A stretch of 64,000 nucleotides of DNA from an uncultured Collinsella sp. (GTDB lineage Bacteria; Actinomycetota; Coriobacteriia; Coriobacteriales; Coriobacteriaceae), in assembly GCA_900544725.1 (NCBI GenBank), contig UQWK01000001.1, forward strand, positions 15,066 through 79,065, in the 5' to 3' direction. The translations under genes were made by a program, and so were the position numbers. The notes beneath the pieces are model-generated. The model was not told the origin of the DNA. It ran no database searches and worked only from the letters and a program-made list of their open reading frames with translations. Below, piece after piece: positions 35,262-43,817 of this stretch (positions are counted from its first letter, which is position 1; the number at the start of each line of letters is the position of its first letter).

Positions 35262-35764
35262 TGCTTGCCCCTAAGCGTATTCTTCACCGCAAGGTGCAGC
35301 GTGGCTCCATGAAGGGCCAGGCCAAGGGTAATACCGAGCTGCATTTCGGCGAGTTTGGTATCCAGGCTCTCGAGGCCCATTGGATCACCAACCGTCAGAT
35401 CGAGGCCGCTCGTATTGCCATGACCCGCTACATGAAGCGTGGCGGTCGTGTGTACATCACGATCTTCCCCGATAAGCCCATCACCAAGAAGCCTGCTGAG
35501 ACTCGCATGGGTTCTGGTAAGGGTAACCCCGAGGAGTGGGTGGCCGTCGTCAAGCCCGGCCGCATCATGTTCGAGGTCAAGGGCGTGCCCGAGGAGGTCG
35601 CTCGCGAGGCTCTGCGTCTTGCACAGCACAAGCTTCCCATCAAGACCAAGATTGTTGCTGCTAAGAACGCTGAGCAGCGCATCGAGAAGGAGATGGCTGA
35701 GGAGGCCGCTCTCGAGGCCAAGTGGGCTGCTGAGGACGCCGCCGCCGCCAAGGAGGAGAACTAA
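35261..35764 (+). CDS. rplP: 50S ribosomal protein L16, with ~30-aa Ala/Glu-rich C-terminal extension
   Basis: GTG start overlapping rpsC stop; conserved L16 core, then ...[31 protein letters not shown]. Confidence 0.9.
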   Translation: MLAPKRILHRKVQRGSMKGQAKGNTELHFGEFGIQALEAHWITNRQIEAARIAMTRYMKRGGRVYITIFPDKPITKKPAETRMGSGKGNPEEWVAVVKPGRIMFEVKGVPEEVAREALRLAQHKLPIKTKIVAAKNAEQRIEKEMAEEAALEAKWAAEDAAAAKEEN

Positions 35765-35979
35765 TGAAGCCCGCAGAGATTCGTGAGCTCTCGGACGCTC
35801 AGCTCGTTGAGAAGCTGAAGGAAATGCGCGCCGAGCTCTTTAACCTTCGTTTCCAGATGGCCACCAGCCAGCTGGACAACACCGCTCGCGTCAACACCGT
35901 GAAGAAGGACATCGCTCGCGTCCTCACGGAGCAGCGCGCCCGCGAGATCGCAGCGGAGAAGTCCGCTGTCGCCGAGTAG
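35764..35979 (+). CDS. rpmC: 50S ribosomal protein L29
   Basis: 71 aa; ATG overlaps rplP stop (taATG). Confidence 0.9.
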   Translation: MKPAEIRELSDAQLVEKLKEMRAELFNLRFQMATSQLDNTARVNTVKKDIARVLTEQRAREIAAEKSAVAE

Positions 35980-35995
35980 GACCTAAGGAGAGAAC

Positions 35996-36256
35996 ATGAC
36001 TGATTCGCGTAACTCGCGTAAGGTCCGTACGGGTGTCGTTACCTCCGTCTCCGGTGCCAAGACCATTGTCGTCACCATCACCGAGCGCAAGCGTCACCCC
36101 AAGTACGGCAAGATGATGACCAGCTCCAAGAAGCTGCACGCTCACGACGAGGAGTGCACGGCTGGCGTGGGCGATACCGTCCGCGTTATGGAGACCCGTC
36201 CTATGTCCAAGATGAAGCGTTGGCGCCTCATCGAGGTCGTCGAGCGCGCTAAATAA
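35996..36256 (+). CDS. rpsQ: 30S ribosomal protein S17
   Basis: 86 aa; conserved. Confidence 0.92.
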   Translation: MTDSRNSRKVRTGVVTSVSGAKTIVVTITERKRHPKYGKMMTSSKKLHAHDEECTAGVGDTVRVMETRPMSKMKRWRLIEVVERAK

Positions 36257-36374
36257 GCAGTCGCTCTTACGACTTGTACGTTTCCGAAGATGTGCGTATG
36301 CCTGGTTTGCATACCACAGGCCGCCTAAAGGCTGCGCACCTCTCTTCGGTTCTTAGTTCGGAGGAACATCTACC

Positions 36375-36743
36375 ATGATTCAGATGCAAACCATGCTGAA
36401 CGTCGCCGACAACTCCGGCGCTCGCAAGATTCGCTGCATCAAGGTGCTTGGCGGTTCCAAGCGTCGTTATGCAGGCATCGGCGATGTGTTCATCGGTGCT
36501 GTCCAGGAGGCTACCCCTGGCGCCAACGTCAAGAAGAAGGACGTTGTCCGTTGCGTCGTCGTTCGCACCGTTAAGGAGATCCGCCGCAAGGATGGCTCCT
36601 ACATTCGCTTTGATGAGAACGCCTGCGTTGTCATCAACAACGATGGTTCGCCCGTCGGCACCCGTATCTTCGGGCCCGTCGCTCGCGAGCTTCGTGACAA
36701 GAAGTACATGAAGATCGTCTCGCTCGCTCCCGAGACCCTGTAG
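36375..36743 (+). CDS. rplN: 50S ribosomal protein L14
   Basis: [17 protein letters not shown]... conserved; preceded by 118-bp gap containing dyad gtatgc-N7-gcatac. Confidence 0.95.
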   Translation: MIQMQTMLNVADNSGARKIRCIKVLGGSKRRYAGIGDVFIGAVQEATPGANVKKKDVVRCVVVRTVKEIRRKDGSYIRFDENACVVINNDGSPVGTRIFGPVARELRDKKYMKIVSLAPETL

Positions 36744-36756
36744 TTAGGGGAGATAT

Positions 36757-37062
36757 ATGTATATCAAGAAGGGCGATAAGGTCCAGGTTCTCTCTGGTAA
36801 GGATCGCGGCAAGCAGGGCGTTATCCTGCGTGCTCTCCCCGCCGAGAACAAGGTCGTTGTCGAGGGCGTTTCGGTCGTCAAGAAGGCCGTCAAGCCCAAC
36901 GCTGCCAACCAGCAGGGCGGCATCGTTTCGCAGGAGGCTCCCATCGATGCCTCCAACGTCAATCTCGTCTGCCCCGAGTGCGGTAAGGTTACCCGCGTCG
37001 GTCACGAGAAGGACGGCAAGAACAAGCTGCGCGTCTGCAAGAAGTGCGGCCACAAGTTCTAA
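36757..37062 (+). CDS. rplX: 50S ribosomal protein L24, with C-terminal CxxC...CxxC zinc-ribbon-like tail
   Basis: KOW motif [16 protein letters not shown]; C-terminus ...[30 protein letters not shown]. Confidence 0.9.
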   Translation: MYIKKGDKVQVLSGKDRGKQGVILRALPAENKVVVEGVSVVKKAVKPNAANQQGGIVSQEAPIDASNVNLVCPECGKVTRVGHEKDGKNKLRVCKKCGHKF

Positions 37063-37090
37063 GCTGCCCGCAACATCAAGTTGCTAGCAA

Positions 37091-37126
37091 AGGCCCGGAT
37101 GCCCCTCGGCATCCGGGCCTTTTTCT
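37091..37126 (+). terminator. Rho-independent terminator after rplX
   Basis: aggcccggatgcc-cctc-ggcatccgggcct followed by ttttct. Confidence 0.85.
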
Positions 37127-37131
37127 ATCCC

Positions 37132-37324
37132 CACTCATTGGGGACAGACTTAAATGAGTGGCCGTTGATTGGCAGTCATTGGGGACAGACTTAAATGACT
37201 AGTCGTTTGGGACGTTCTTAAACGACTAGTTGATAGGGACGGTCTTTAGATCTGTATATCTGGCCATCTAGGATAGGCTTCAACGAAAGCGGCACCTAGG
37301 GACAGTTCTTTGATGTCTGGTGCC
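37132..37324 (+). repeat. Tandem array of five hairpins with variable stems and conserved loop GGGAC(A/G)G-NN-CTT(A/T)A
   Basis: U1 cactcatt-ggggacagactta-aatgagtg; U2 cagtcatt-ggggacagactta-aatgact; U3 agtcgttt-gggacgttctta-aacgact; U4 gatagggacggtctttagatctg; U5 ggcacc-tagggacagttctttgatgtct-ggtgcc. Confidence 0.8.
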
Positions 37325-37568
37325 CCCAGAGGGGTGAAGTAATACAGCTGGCTCTGTCTTTAGGGCTTTGGTGCTCCGCCCCTATATGTTTCACAAGGAT
37401 TGTCGCATGCGCATTTACGCGCAGAGTCTTGCGCGATGATGCGCATTGCCGCGCAAATATCTGCTAACTATGGTTAAATAATGACCGATAAACAAATAAA
37501 CACGCAAATACAAGCAAAAGCGCGCGCAATTGTGCGAATATAGGGCTGTTAGAAATGAAGGACTTCCG

Positions 37569-38666
37569 ATGACTCAGGAGGCACTCATGGCAGATTCCAA
37601 ACAGGCTCCGCTCGACGCCGAAGCAGCCGCTAAGGCGGCGTTTGCCTCGGTCCAGGATCGGCCGTTCCCCGACGACATTTTTACGGCTCCCGAGCTTCGC
37701 TGGGCTGTGATCGGTTGCGGCGTTATCGCCAACCAGATGGCCCAGTCTCTAGCTCTTGCCGGCCGCAAGCTTGCGGGCGTCGCAAACCGTACGCTATCCA
37801 AGGCTCAAGCTTTTGCCGAGCAGTATGGCATCGAGAAGGTCTATGAGACGGTCGAGGACCTCTACGCCGATCCGGACATCGACGCCGTTTATATCACCAC
37901 GCCGCACAACACGCATATCACCTACCTGCGAGCCGCTCTGGCAGCTGGCAAGCACGTGCTCTGCGAAAAGGCCATTACCCTCAACTCTGCCGAGCTCCAC
38001 GAGGCCCGTGCCATCGCCGTCGAGCACAACGTGGTCCTTATGGACGCCACCACGGTGCTCCACATGCCGCTGTATCAAGAGCTGCGCCGTCGCATGGATG
38101 CGGGCGACTTTGGCCGCATGAACCTCGCCCAGCTCAACTTTGGCAGCTATAAGGAGTACGGCGACCTGACCAACCGCTTCTACAACCGTAGCCTTGCCGG
38201 CGGCGCCATGCTCGACATTGGCGTGTATGCCCTGTCCGTCATGCGCCTGTTTATGGCCAGCCAGCCAGCCGAGGTCGTGTCTCTGGGCAACACCTGTGAG
38301 ACCGGTGTCGACGTTGCGGGCGGCATTGTCTGCCGTAACGCCGAGCAGCAGCTGGGCGTCGTGAGCCTTACACTCCACTCCAAGCAGCCCAAGCGCTCGG
38401 TCATCAGCTTCGACAAGTGCTATATCGAGGTCAACGAGTATCCGCGCGCCGACCATGCGACCATCGTGTGGACTGCGGACGGTCACCGTGAGGAGGTCCA
38501 CGCTGGCACCGAGGCATATGCTCTGTGCTACGAGATGGCCGACCTGGAGAAGGCCGTTGCCGGCGATGATTCGAAGCGCGAGCTTCTGGGCTATGCTTCT
38601 GATGTTATGGAGCTGATGACCAAGCTCCGCGCCGACTGGGGAGTCGTGTACCCCGAGGAGGAGTAA
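37569..38666 (+). CDS. Gfo/Idh/MocA family NAD(P)-dependent oxidoreductase
   Basis: Rossmann N-terminus WAVIGCGVIANQMAQ; EKA motif HVLCEKAITLN; ORF opens at TTG 37530, ATG 37569 preferred. Confidence 0.8.
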   Translation: MTQEALMADSKQAPLDAEAAAKAAFASVQDRPFPDDIFTAPELRWAVIGCGVIANQMAQSLALAGRKLAGVANRTLSKAQAFAEQYGIEKVYETVEDLYADPDIDAVYITTPHNTHITYLRAALAAGKHVLCEKAITLNSAELHEARAIAVEHNVVLMDATTVLHMPLYQELRRRMDAGDFGRMNLAQLNFGSYKEYGDLTNRFYNRSLAGGAMLDIGVYALSVMRLFMASQPAEVVSLGNTCETGVDVAGGIVCRNAEQQLGVVSLTLHSKQPKRSVISFDKCYIEVNEYPRADHATIVWTADGHREEVHAGTEAYALCYEMADLEKAVAGDDSKRELLGYASDVMELMTKLRADWGVVYPEEE

Positions 38667-38669
38667 GCG

Positions 38670-39416
38670 ATGCTTGCGGAAGATAGGCTCAACGCGATCG
38701 TGACGATGGTGCAGCAGGCCGGCTCGGTTACCGTGCCGGAGCTTGCTGAAGCCCTGGGCGTGACGGCGTCTACCATTCGGCGCGACCTGCAGGCGCTCGA
38801 CCGTGCACACCGTATCGCCAAGGTGCACGGAGGCGCGACGAGTCTGGAGCGTGCGCACGTGACGCGCGACCTGACGATCAGCGAGCGCAGTGATCTCCAT
38901 AACGATGACAAGGAGCGCATCTGCGCCCGTGCCGCGGCTCTGGTGGAGCCCGATAGCTTTGTGTATATCGATTCGGGCTCCACGACCCTCAAGCTCATCG
39001 AGCATCTTCCGCGCCTTGAGGGTGTCACCTATGTGACCGATTCCGTGCTCCATGCTCAGCATCTCGCCCTGCGTGGTATGCGCACCGTGGTGCTAGGCGG
39101 CGAGCTCAAGCCCGAGACCGAGGCACTCGTCGGTCCCGATGCCTTGGCAACCCTGGACCGCTATAACTTCAACTGCGGTTTTTGGGGTTCCAATGGCATC
39201 GCCGCCGAGCAAGGTCTCACCACACCGGATATCGAGGAAGCGCAGGTCAAGCGTATCTCGATGCGCCATACCGCCAAACGCTTCGTAATCTCGGACGCCA
39301 GCAAATTTGGCATGGTGGCGCCCGTCAAGTTTGCGGACTTCCGCGACGCAACGATCATCACTACGGGCGAGGTGCCCGCCAAGTACCAGTCGATGGACAA
39401 CGTCATCACGGTCTAG
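38670..39416 (+). CDS. DeoR/GlpR family transcriptional regulator
   Basis: N-terminal HTH ...VPELAEALGVTASTIRRDLQAL...; C-terminal sugar-phosphate-binding DeoR domain. Confidence 0.85.
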   Translation: MLAEDRLNAIVTMVQQAGSVTVPELAEALGVTASTIRRDLQALDRAHRIAKVHGGATSLERAHVTRDLTISERSDLHNDDKERICARAAALVEPDSFVYIDSGSTTLKLIEHLPRLEGVTYVTDSVLHAQHLALRGMRTVVLGGELKPETEALVGPDALATLDRYNFNCGFWGSNGIAAEQGLTTPDIEEAQVKRISMRHTAKRFVISDASKFGMVAPVKFADFRDATIITTGEVPAKYQSMDNVITV

Positions 39417-39441
39417 CAAGCAGGGGCAGGCTAAGGCCAAA

Positions 39442-39475
39442 ACCACCACAAAGGTGCCTGTCCCCATTGTGGTGG
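39442..39475 (-). repeat. Hairpin ccaccacaa-aggtgcctgtccccat-ttgtggtgg; loop carries the GGGGACAGGCACC motif on the minus strand
   Basis: 9-bp perfect stem; related copy at 39731-39761. Confidence 0.6.
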
Positions 39476-39509
39476 TTGGTAACGAAAACCGAGTAGTTTT
39501 CTCAATAGA

Positions 39510-39550
39510 AAAGCGGCAACGTCTATCACGGGCGTTGCCGCTTTCGTTGT
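39510..39550 (+). terminator. Possible terminator after DeoR gene (strong stem, weak T-tract)
   Basis: aagcggcaacg-tctatcacgg-gcgttgccgctt followed by tcgttgt. Confidence 0.4.
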
Positions 39551-39568
39551 CTGCCGGTTTTGTCTAAG

Positions 39569-39699
39569 TCTGTAACATCTGGGGCCGATTTTGCCGAGTT
39601 ATTGTTACAGATTGAGATTTTCCCTTGAGGGGGATTCAAATGTCTCGATCTGTAACAGATAGACCGGAAAATGGGTTCCAGCTGTTACAGATCGAGACG
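39569..39699. repeat. Cluster of four TGTTACAGATYGAGA-like short repeats in alternating orientation
   Basis: gtctgtaacatctgg (minus), tgttacagattgagat (plus), tctcgatctgtaacag (minus), tgttacagatcgagacg (plus). Confidence 0.6.
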
Positions 39700-39730
39700 T
39701 TTTGGGACCGCGGCTGAGCCATTGCGGCAA

Positions 39731-39761
39731 AGCCACCACCAAGGTGCCTGTCCCTATTTGG
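39731..39761 (-). repeat. Second copy of the ccaccacNaaggtgcctgtcccYatt repeat
   Basis: gccaccaccaaggtgcctgtccctatttgg; 24 of 27 matches to 39444-39470. Confidence 0.6.
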
Positions 39762-39767
39762 CAGGTT

Positions 39768-40427
39768 TTAGGGCTCCCAGGGGCAGGGGGCTTCGATGTG
39801 GATGTGCTCGCCGGTTACGGGATGCGTGAAGGACACACTGTGGGCGTGGAGCATCAGGCCACAGGGGCGCGGCGTGCCGTACAGGTCATCGCCAACCAGG
39901 GGGTGGCGCTCGCTTGCCAGGTGCACGCGGATCTGGTGTTTGCGGCCGGTGAGCAGCTCGACATCGATATACGAGCGCGTGGGCAGGCCACGACGGCTCT
40001 TAAGACGCTTGAGCACCTTCACGCGCGTTTGAGACGGCTTGCCGCTGGCGCCGACGCGCATCTTTCGGCTGTCGTGACGGTCGCGGGCGATGGGCTTGTC
40101 GATGAGCTTTTCGTTCCAGTCGATCTTGCCCTCGGCGAGCGCCAGGTAGTGCTTTTCGAACGCGTGGTCGATAATCATCTGGTCAAAGGCGGGCTGCGTC
40201 TGCTTGTCGAGTGAGAACAGCACCACGCCGGTGGTGTCGCGGTCCAGGCGGTTGAGCGGCTGCATGTCGGTCGCGGCAAAGCCGTCGCCCATCGCCAGTA
40301 GCAGGTCGCTGGCGTAGTCGGTGAGTGTGCGCTCGCCGGTGCCATCGCCGTGGACGATCATGCCGGCAGGCTTGTCGATGGCCATGAGCCAGGCGTCGCA
40401 GTAGAGGACTTGAGGTTCTTCGTTCAC
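39768..40427 (-). CDS. RluA family pseudouridine synthase
   Basis: Catalytic motif HRLDRDTTGVVLF; 219 aa. Confidence 0.85.
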   Translation of the reverse strand: MNEEPQVLYCDAWLMAIDKPAGMIVHGDGTGERTLTDYASDLLLAMGDGFAATDMQPLNRLDRDTTGVVLFSLDKQTQPAFDQMIIDHAFEKHYLALAEGKIDWNEKLIDKPIARDRHDSRKMRVGASGKPSQTRVKVLKRLKSRRGLPTRSYIDVELLTGRKHQIRVHLASERHPLVGDDLYGTPRPCGLMLHAHSVSFTHPVTGEHIHIEAPCPWEP

Positions 40428-40442
40428 GTGTATGCCTTTCGG

Positions 40443-42938
40443 TTAGCTGATTCCCACAAACATGCAGCCCGAGGTCGCCCCGCGCAGGCGGGCGGCGGGC
40501 TTACGGCCGGCCTGCGCGGCCTCGACGGCACGACGGACGCGGGCGACGGCACGGCCCACCTCATCCGTCTCGAGCAACGTTCCGTTCACCATGAGACGAC
40601 GCACGCCGGCATCGAGCAGCTGAGGAACCTGCGGCGTGAGGTCGATGGGGTAGGCATCGTACAGGCGAGAACGGCCGTGGATGTCGGTGCGGACGGGCAT
40701 GACCTTTCCGTCGATATTCTTGAGCGACAGCTTGCGGGCGCGCAGGCGGCAGTTGGCGCAATCGTGGATGCAGCCGTTGGCAACCTGCAGAATGCAATGC
40801 TCGCTTGTCATGACGCGCGGGCGGCCAAAGACGGTGATGCCCAGAGCCGCGGGCGCGGCGGCGCCGAGCGAGATAATCTCGTCGAGCGTGATCTCGGGCG
40901 AGAGCCAAAACGCACCGGCTCCGCGCTCGGCGAGTGCCTCCATGCAGGGAATGTTGTGAACCGGCAGGCAAGAGCGAATCTCGGCCGTGGCGCCAACCTG
41001 GGCGGCCAGGGCAAGCTCGGAGATATTGCCAACGGCGACGGTGGCCCCGGCATTGATCCAGGGATCGACGCGCTCGTGGTCAACGGCGCGGCAGACCTCG
41101 TCGAGTACGGGCACGATACCCTGCTCAAATGCATTGGCAGGGGAGACACCGGCGGCCTCGAGCGCATCGGTGGTCATGTAGATGCGCGTTGCACCCTCCG
41201 CCCGCGCTGCCTCGGCGGCCTCGAGCGAGGTGACGGTGGCGCAGATCTGCGGCTCGTCGCGGTAGTGCTCGGGCGCGGGGCGGGAATCACTGGTGACAAT
41301 CGCCGGCAACTCGAGTGTTTTCGCGCGCTCCTCGTACGGCGCAAGAATGGCCTCCTCCAATGCCTTACAGGCAGCGGCGCGCACCTTGTGTACGGCGGAG
41401 AAGCCCATACCACAGCCGGCGTCGAGCGAAACGTCAAAGCTCGCTGCCTCAAAGGGCGAGGAGCCCATGCGGCCCACATGCTCAACCAGGTCTGCCGCCT
41501 CGATGGCGCGGGTCTTGGCGGCCTCGACGGTGAAGCCCGTGGCGGTGGCGGTGAGCGCGGGGCTGTCACAGCAGGTGAGTGTGACGGTAAACGGCTCGCC
41601 CAGGCGTGCCACGACGGACACATCAACAGCTCGGCGGCGCAGCACATCGCGCTTGAGTGCGGCGCCGGCGGCGTCGATGGCACGCTGACTGCGAATCACG
41701 CGGACGCGGCAGCCCTCGGGCATGCTGCGGGGCACGCGGCACTCGATGATGTCGCCGGCAGCGGCATCATCGGCGGCAATGGTGGTCAGGAACTGGTCAA
41801 ACTCGTTATCGTGGCGAAGCTCCAGCAGGTCGCCCTTGCCCACGGGCTCAAACAGCTCAATGCGGGCGATGGCGGCGCGGCGACGGCGGTCGTCGGGCTT
41901 GAGACCGCGCACATCGCGGTTGGCCAAGCGGCTGCCCAGCACCGTGCCCACGATCTGGCCGCGGTTGTTGGAACGCTCGTAGCTCATCATCTCGTCGCCC
42001 GAGGTGCCGTCCTGATAGGCGTGCGTAAAGTCGCGGTTGAAGCAGCGCTTGAGCTGGCGCTGGCGGGCGGCTTCCTCGTCCTTGGTAACGGCGGCTCCGG
42101 ATAGCATGTCGTCAATTTCGTGACGATACACATCAACGATGGAGTACACGTAATCGGGCGCCTTCATGCGGCCCTCGAGTTTGAGCGACGCGGCGCCGGC
42201 GTCATACAGACGGCGAACGAGCTGCGAAGTGTTGGTGTCGCGCGGGCATAGAGCGCGCTCGCGACCGGCAGGGGAGAGCGTACGTCCGTTCTCGTCGATC
42301 AGCTCGTAGGGCAGGCGGCAGGGCTGGGCGCACATGCCGCGGTTGGCCGATCGCCCCGCCATGGCAAAGCTCGAAAGCAGGCACAGGCCCGAGTAGCAAA
42401 AGCAGATGGCGCCGTGGCTAAAGACCTCAAGGTCCACATCGGGCGCGGCATCGTGAATGGTGGCAATCTCGTCGATGGAAAGCTCGCGCGAGAGAGTCAC
42501 GCGGTCGGCGCCCTGCTCGCGGCACCAAAGGGTTCCGCGGTCGTCGTGGATGTTTGCTTGGGTTGAGATGTGCGTCTCGATGCCGGGCATCGTGCGCTTG
42601 ACCTCAAAGAACAGGCCCCAGTCCTGGATGATAAAGGCGTCGGCGCCCAACGTGGAGCAGCGGTGGATGAGTTGCAACGCATCGCCCATCTCGGACTGCT
42701 TGATGACGATGTTGACCGTGACGTAGACGCGCGACCCGGCTAGATGCGCGGCGCGGCAGGCTTGCTCAAAGGCCTCGTCGGTAAAGTTGGTGGCCTTGCG
42801 ACGGGCGTTGAAGCTGCCCATGCCGCAGTAGATGGCGTCTGCCCCGGCGGCGAGTGCGGCGGCAAAGGGCTCGGGCCCTCCGGCGGGCGCCAAAAGCTCG
42901 GGTCTGCGGTTGGTGGTTCGACTGGCGGTTGCGGTCAT
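40443..42938 (-). CDS. Peptidase U32 family protein (long form with C-terminal DUF3656-type region)
   Basis: N-terminal LLAPAGGPEPFAAALAAGADAIYCG and Cys-rich ...CAQPCRL... typical of U32 collagenase-like proteins; 831 aa. Confidence 0.8.
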   Translation of the reverse strand: MTATASRTTNRRPELLAPAGGPEPFAAALAAGADAIYCGMGSFNARRKATNFTDEAFEQACRAAHLAGSRVYVTVNIVIKQSEMGDALQLIHRCSTLGADAFIIQDWGLFFEVKRTMPGIETHISTQANIHDDRGTLWCREQGADRVTLSRELSIDEIATIHDAAPDVDLEVFSHGAICFCYSGLCLLSSFAMAGRSANRGMCAQPCRLPYELIDENGRTLSPAGRERALCPRDTNTSQLVRRLYDAGAASLKLEGRMKAPDYVYSIVDVYRHEIDDMLSGAAVTKDEEAARQRQLKRCFNRDFTHAYQDGTSGDEMMSYERSNNRGQIVGTVLGSRLANRDVRGLKPDDRRRRAAIARIELFEPVGKGDLLELRHDNEFDQFLTTIAADDAAAGDIIECRVPRSMPEGCRVRVIRSQRAIDAAGAALKRDVLRRRAVDVSVVARLGEPFTVTLTCCDSPALTATATGFTVEAAKTRAIEAADLVEHVGRMGSSPFEAASFDVSLDAGCGMGFSAVHKVRAAACKALEEAILAPYEERAKTLELPAIVTSDSRPAPEHYRDEPQICATVTSLEAAEAARAEGATRIYMTTDALEAAGVSPANAFEQGIVPVLDEVCRAVDHERVDPWINAGATVAVGNISELALAAQVGATAEIRSCLPVHNIPCMEALAERGAGAFWLSPEITLDEIISLGAAAPAALGITVFGRPRVMTSEHCILQVANGCIHDCANCRLRARKLSLKNIDGKVMPVRTDIHGRSRLYDAYPIDLTPQVPQLLDAGVRRLMVNGTLLETDEVGRAVARVRRAVEAAQAGRKPAARLRGATSGCMFVGIS

Positions 42939-43045
42939 ATCCTGCCTTTCAAAATGCTCAGATATTCAAAAGTATAGTGGTGCTGTTGCGGCGGACGAGC
43001 CATGTGGCCCAAGCAGGATAAAGTCTTCAGCAGCCCTTGCAGCAA

Positions 43046-43316
43046 AAATGAACCGTTTCCCTCCGTCCCCTATGGATCACCTGATCGGCTGGGGACTGAG
43101 GGAAGCGGATCGTTTTGAGCTTCACCGTCCGGTCGTGCCGTTCAGCGGCCGACAGACGCCGTTGGGCGATAAAAGATTCTCGCAACGTGATAATAATCTT
43201 GCATCGCGCGGAAACCTTGAGTACTATCCCAATCAAGCGCGGCGTTCAGACCGAACTGTGCCTCCCGGTGTGAACGCCGCGCTCACGCTCTTTCAACTGA
43301 TCGTAAGGAGATAAAC
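43046..43316 (+). promoter_or_regulatory. Structured ~270-nt region upstream of ridA (hairpins ccctccgtcccc/ggggactgaggg and a 13-bp stem agcgcggcgttca/tgaacgccgcgct)
   Basis: Long non-coding divergent region; 5-prime portion repeated at 43776-43815. Confidence 0.35.
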
Positions 43317-43694
43317 ATGAGCAAGACCGTCGTGTCTTCCGATAACGCACCCGCAGCCATCGGCCCGTATTCCCCCGGCATCAAGACCGGCAACATGGTG
43401 TTCCTGTCCGGCCAGCTGGGCATCGACCCCGCAACCGGCAAGATGCCCGAGGGCGTCGAGGCCCAGGCTAAGCAGTCCCTTGCTAACGTCGAGGCGCTGC
43501 TGACCGCTGCCGGCGCCACCTTTGCCGATGTCGTCAAGACCACGGTCTACCTGGCCGACATCGCCGACTTCGCTGCCGTGAACGAGATCTACGCCTCCAA
43601 GTTCGAGGCTCCGTTCCCCGCGCGCAGCGCTTTCCAGGTTGCCGCCCTTCCGGCCGGCGGTCTGGTTGAGATCGAGGTCGTCGCCGCTCTCTAA
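43317..43694 (+). CDS. ridA: RidA family reactive enamine/imine deaminase
   Basis: 125 aa YjgF/RidA fold; ...PARSAFQVAALPAGGLVEIEV... conserved C-terminus. Confidence 0.9.
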   Translation: MSKTVVSSDNAPAAIGPYSPGIKTGNMVFLSGQLGIDPATGKMPEGVEAQAKQSLANVEALLTAAGATFADVVKTTVYLADIADFAAVNEIYASKFEAPFPARSAFQVAALPAGGLVEIEVVAAL

Positions 43695-43728
43695 GGCGTT
43701 GGCAACAACTAAACATGACATGCAAAAA

Positions 43729-43764
43729 GACCCTGCAGCGCGTGTGAGCTGCAGGGTCTTTTGT
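43729..43764. terminator. Bidirectional rho-independent terminator between ridA and the convergent regulator gene
   Basis: gaccctgcagc-gcgtgtga-gctgcagggtc, flanked by aaaaa / ttttg. Confidence 0.8.
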
Positions 43765-43775
43765 CAGGCGATGCG

Positions 43776-43815
43776 GCAAAATGATCCTTTTTCCTCCGTC
43801 CCCAAGGGATCAGCG
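43776..43815. repeat. Second copy of motif aaaatgaNCC-ttt-cctccgtcccc-NNgggatca (first copy at 43046-43085)
   Basis: About 30 of 38 positions shared; the two copies flank ridA in direct orientation. Confidence 0.5.
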
Positions 43816-43817
43816 GG

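Noticed and set aside
37132-37324. Possible CRISPR array
   Set aside because: Repeat units are not identical, some abut each other with no spacer, stems differ between units, and no cas genes are present. The pattern is conserved loop with variable stem, not conserved repeat with variable spacer.
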